From: a bacterium
Lineage (GTDB): Bacteria > UBA8248 > JACPRG01 > G963555815
Reading direction: 5' to 3'
Length of the DNA: 64,000 nucleotides
Assembly: GCA_965218795.1 (NCBI GenBank)
Contig: OZ244653.1
Coordinates: forward strand, 2,272,001-2,336,000
Each line of letters begins with the position of its first letter. Position 1 is the stretch's first letter. Below the pieces are notes generated by a model, which was not told the DNA's origin, did not search any database, and saw nothing but the letters and a program-made list of their open reading frames with translations. This document shows, piece by piece, positions 62,891 through 64,000 of the stretch. The position numbers and the translations under genes are program-made.

Positions 62891-64000
62891 TTATAACCCG
62901 AGGCGATCCGGGAGCAGGGCGGAAGGGTCCAGCTCCGGTATCCCGAGGTCCCGACCCGCCATTTGTGCGCAGATGATTTTTGCCGTGACGGGGGCGTGGT
63001 TGATGCCGTCGCCTTCATGACCGGTGGCATACCACAGGCCCTGAAGCTTGGATGAGGGTCCGATGACCGGATGATGATCGGGCATCCAGGGGCGAAGCCC
63101 TGCCACCTCCCGGGCGATGCGGAGCTTGGATACGTTCGGAAACCACTGCTTCGTTCCTGCCAGGATGGCCGTCCTTCCTTCCGAGGTCAGACGTTCATCG
63201 TAACCGGCGAACTCACGGGTCGAACCGAGTACGCAGTGACCGGGCCCGTGCTGTTGAAGCGTATAACTGAATCTGAACCGCGGCATGGCCTCTTCGTTGG
63301 CGCGTTCGCCGGCCGTCTTGTCGAGAACGTAGGTGGCGCTCTGAATGAGATGGGGGGAGACCATCTCGGCCTTTTCGGTATGCAGGATCTGTCCGCGCCG
63401 GGGAACGATCGGAATCCTGAGGCCCAGGGCCTCGGTGAGGAAAGGCGACCAGATGCCGGCCGCGACGATCACGGCGTCCGCCTCAATCGTCTCGCGATCG
63501 GTCCTGACGCCCGCCACCCGGTCTCCATGTGTCACGATGGACCGGACGGGCTCATGCTCGTGGACCTCGGTCCCCCGGGAGACCGCGTCCGACAGCATGG
63601 CCTTGGAGATCTGCACCGCGTCCACCAATGCGCCCGACGGATCCATGAGCGCCGCCTCGACGTCCACCCCCAGGCCCGCCACACGCCGTTTCACGTCTCC
63701 ACCGTCCAGGATCTCCGCCTCCGCGCCGAACGCCTGAATCCCCCGACAGTTTTCCTCGAGGAATTCCACCCCCGCCGGACTCCCCTTGGGAAGGACCACG
63801 AGCGTACCCTTGCGGTCGATATGGAATGCATCGTCCCATTCGACCTTCAAGGCCTCATAGATCATTCGTCCATAGAACGCCATGACCGCCCGTTCATCGG
63901 CCGGACGGCTGACCAAAGCGAGGACGCCCGTATTTTTGGAAGTGGTTCCGCGACCTATCGCGTCACGCTCGATCAGCGTGACCTTGTGACCGTCCCTGGC
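62891..64000 (-). CDS. FAD-dependent oxidoreductase, DAO family (paralogue; N-terminus outside the window)
   Basis: frame stays open to the window edge (ARDGHKVTLIERDAIGRGTTSKNTG); AGLRP, ATGHEGDGI. Confidence 0.92.
   Translation of the reverse strand, partial: ARDGHKVTLIERDAIGRGTTSKNTGVLALVSRPADERAVMAFYGRMIYEALKVEWDDAFHIDRKGTLVVLPKGSPAGVEFLEENCRGIQAFGAEAEILDGGDVKRRVAGLGVDVEAALMDPSGALVDAVQISKAMLSDAVSRGTEVHEHEPVRSIVTHGDRVAGVRTDRETIEADAVIVAAGIWSPFLTEALGLRIPIVPRRGQILHTEKAEMVSPHLIQSATYVLDKTAGERANEEAMPRFRFSYTLQQHGPGHCVLGSTREFAGYDERLTSEGRTAILAGTKQWFPNVSKLRIAREVAGLRPWMPDHHPVIGPSSKLQGLWYATGHEGDGINHAPVTAKIICAQMAGRDLGIPELDPSALLPDRLGL

Overview
GC-rich (~60% by eye) chromosomal core region of a diderm bacterium. 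The gene order (mreBCD-mrdA-rodA-rng; dprA-smg-topA-trmFO-xerC-hslVU-argBDFG; TPR-lolB-like-ispE-spoVG-tRNA-Gln-prs-rplY-pth-hppA; rpsF-ssb-rpsR-DUF2232-rplI-dnaB-alr; tgt-yajC-secDF) resembles Nitrospinota/Tectomicrobia/Desulfobacterota-type genomes, but the taxon is an inference. I see about 60 CDS, one tRNA-Gln(TTG) and an S6:S18 ribosomal leader, and no mobile element, prophage or CRISPR array. The best candidate for an undercharacterised system is the minus-strand operon at 5424-8055: a threonine-synthase-like PLP enzyme, a ubiquitin-like sulfur carrier whose GG is masked by an LGVL tail, a JAB/JAMM protease and two stand-alone NIL-domain proteins. It plausibly encodes sulfur-carrier-dependent homocysteine synthesis with separate methionine-sensing subunits. 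Other points of interest: a frameshifted PhoD lipoprotein, an M24 enzyme lacking its metal ligands, an atypical TGT pocket, an orphan mlaF, a positional LolB analogue, several structured intergenic regions (notably 53510-53760), and a right-end accessory block (PIG-L deacetylase, Zn-free MDR plus HEAT protein, tandem DAO-family paralogues).
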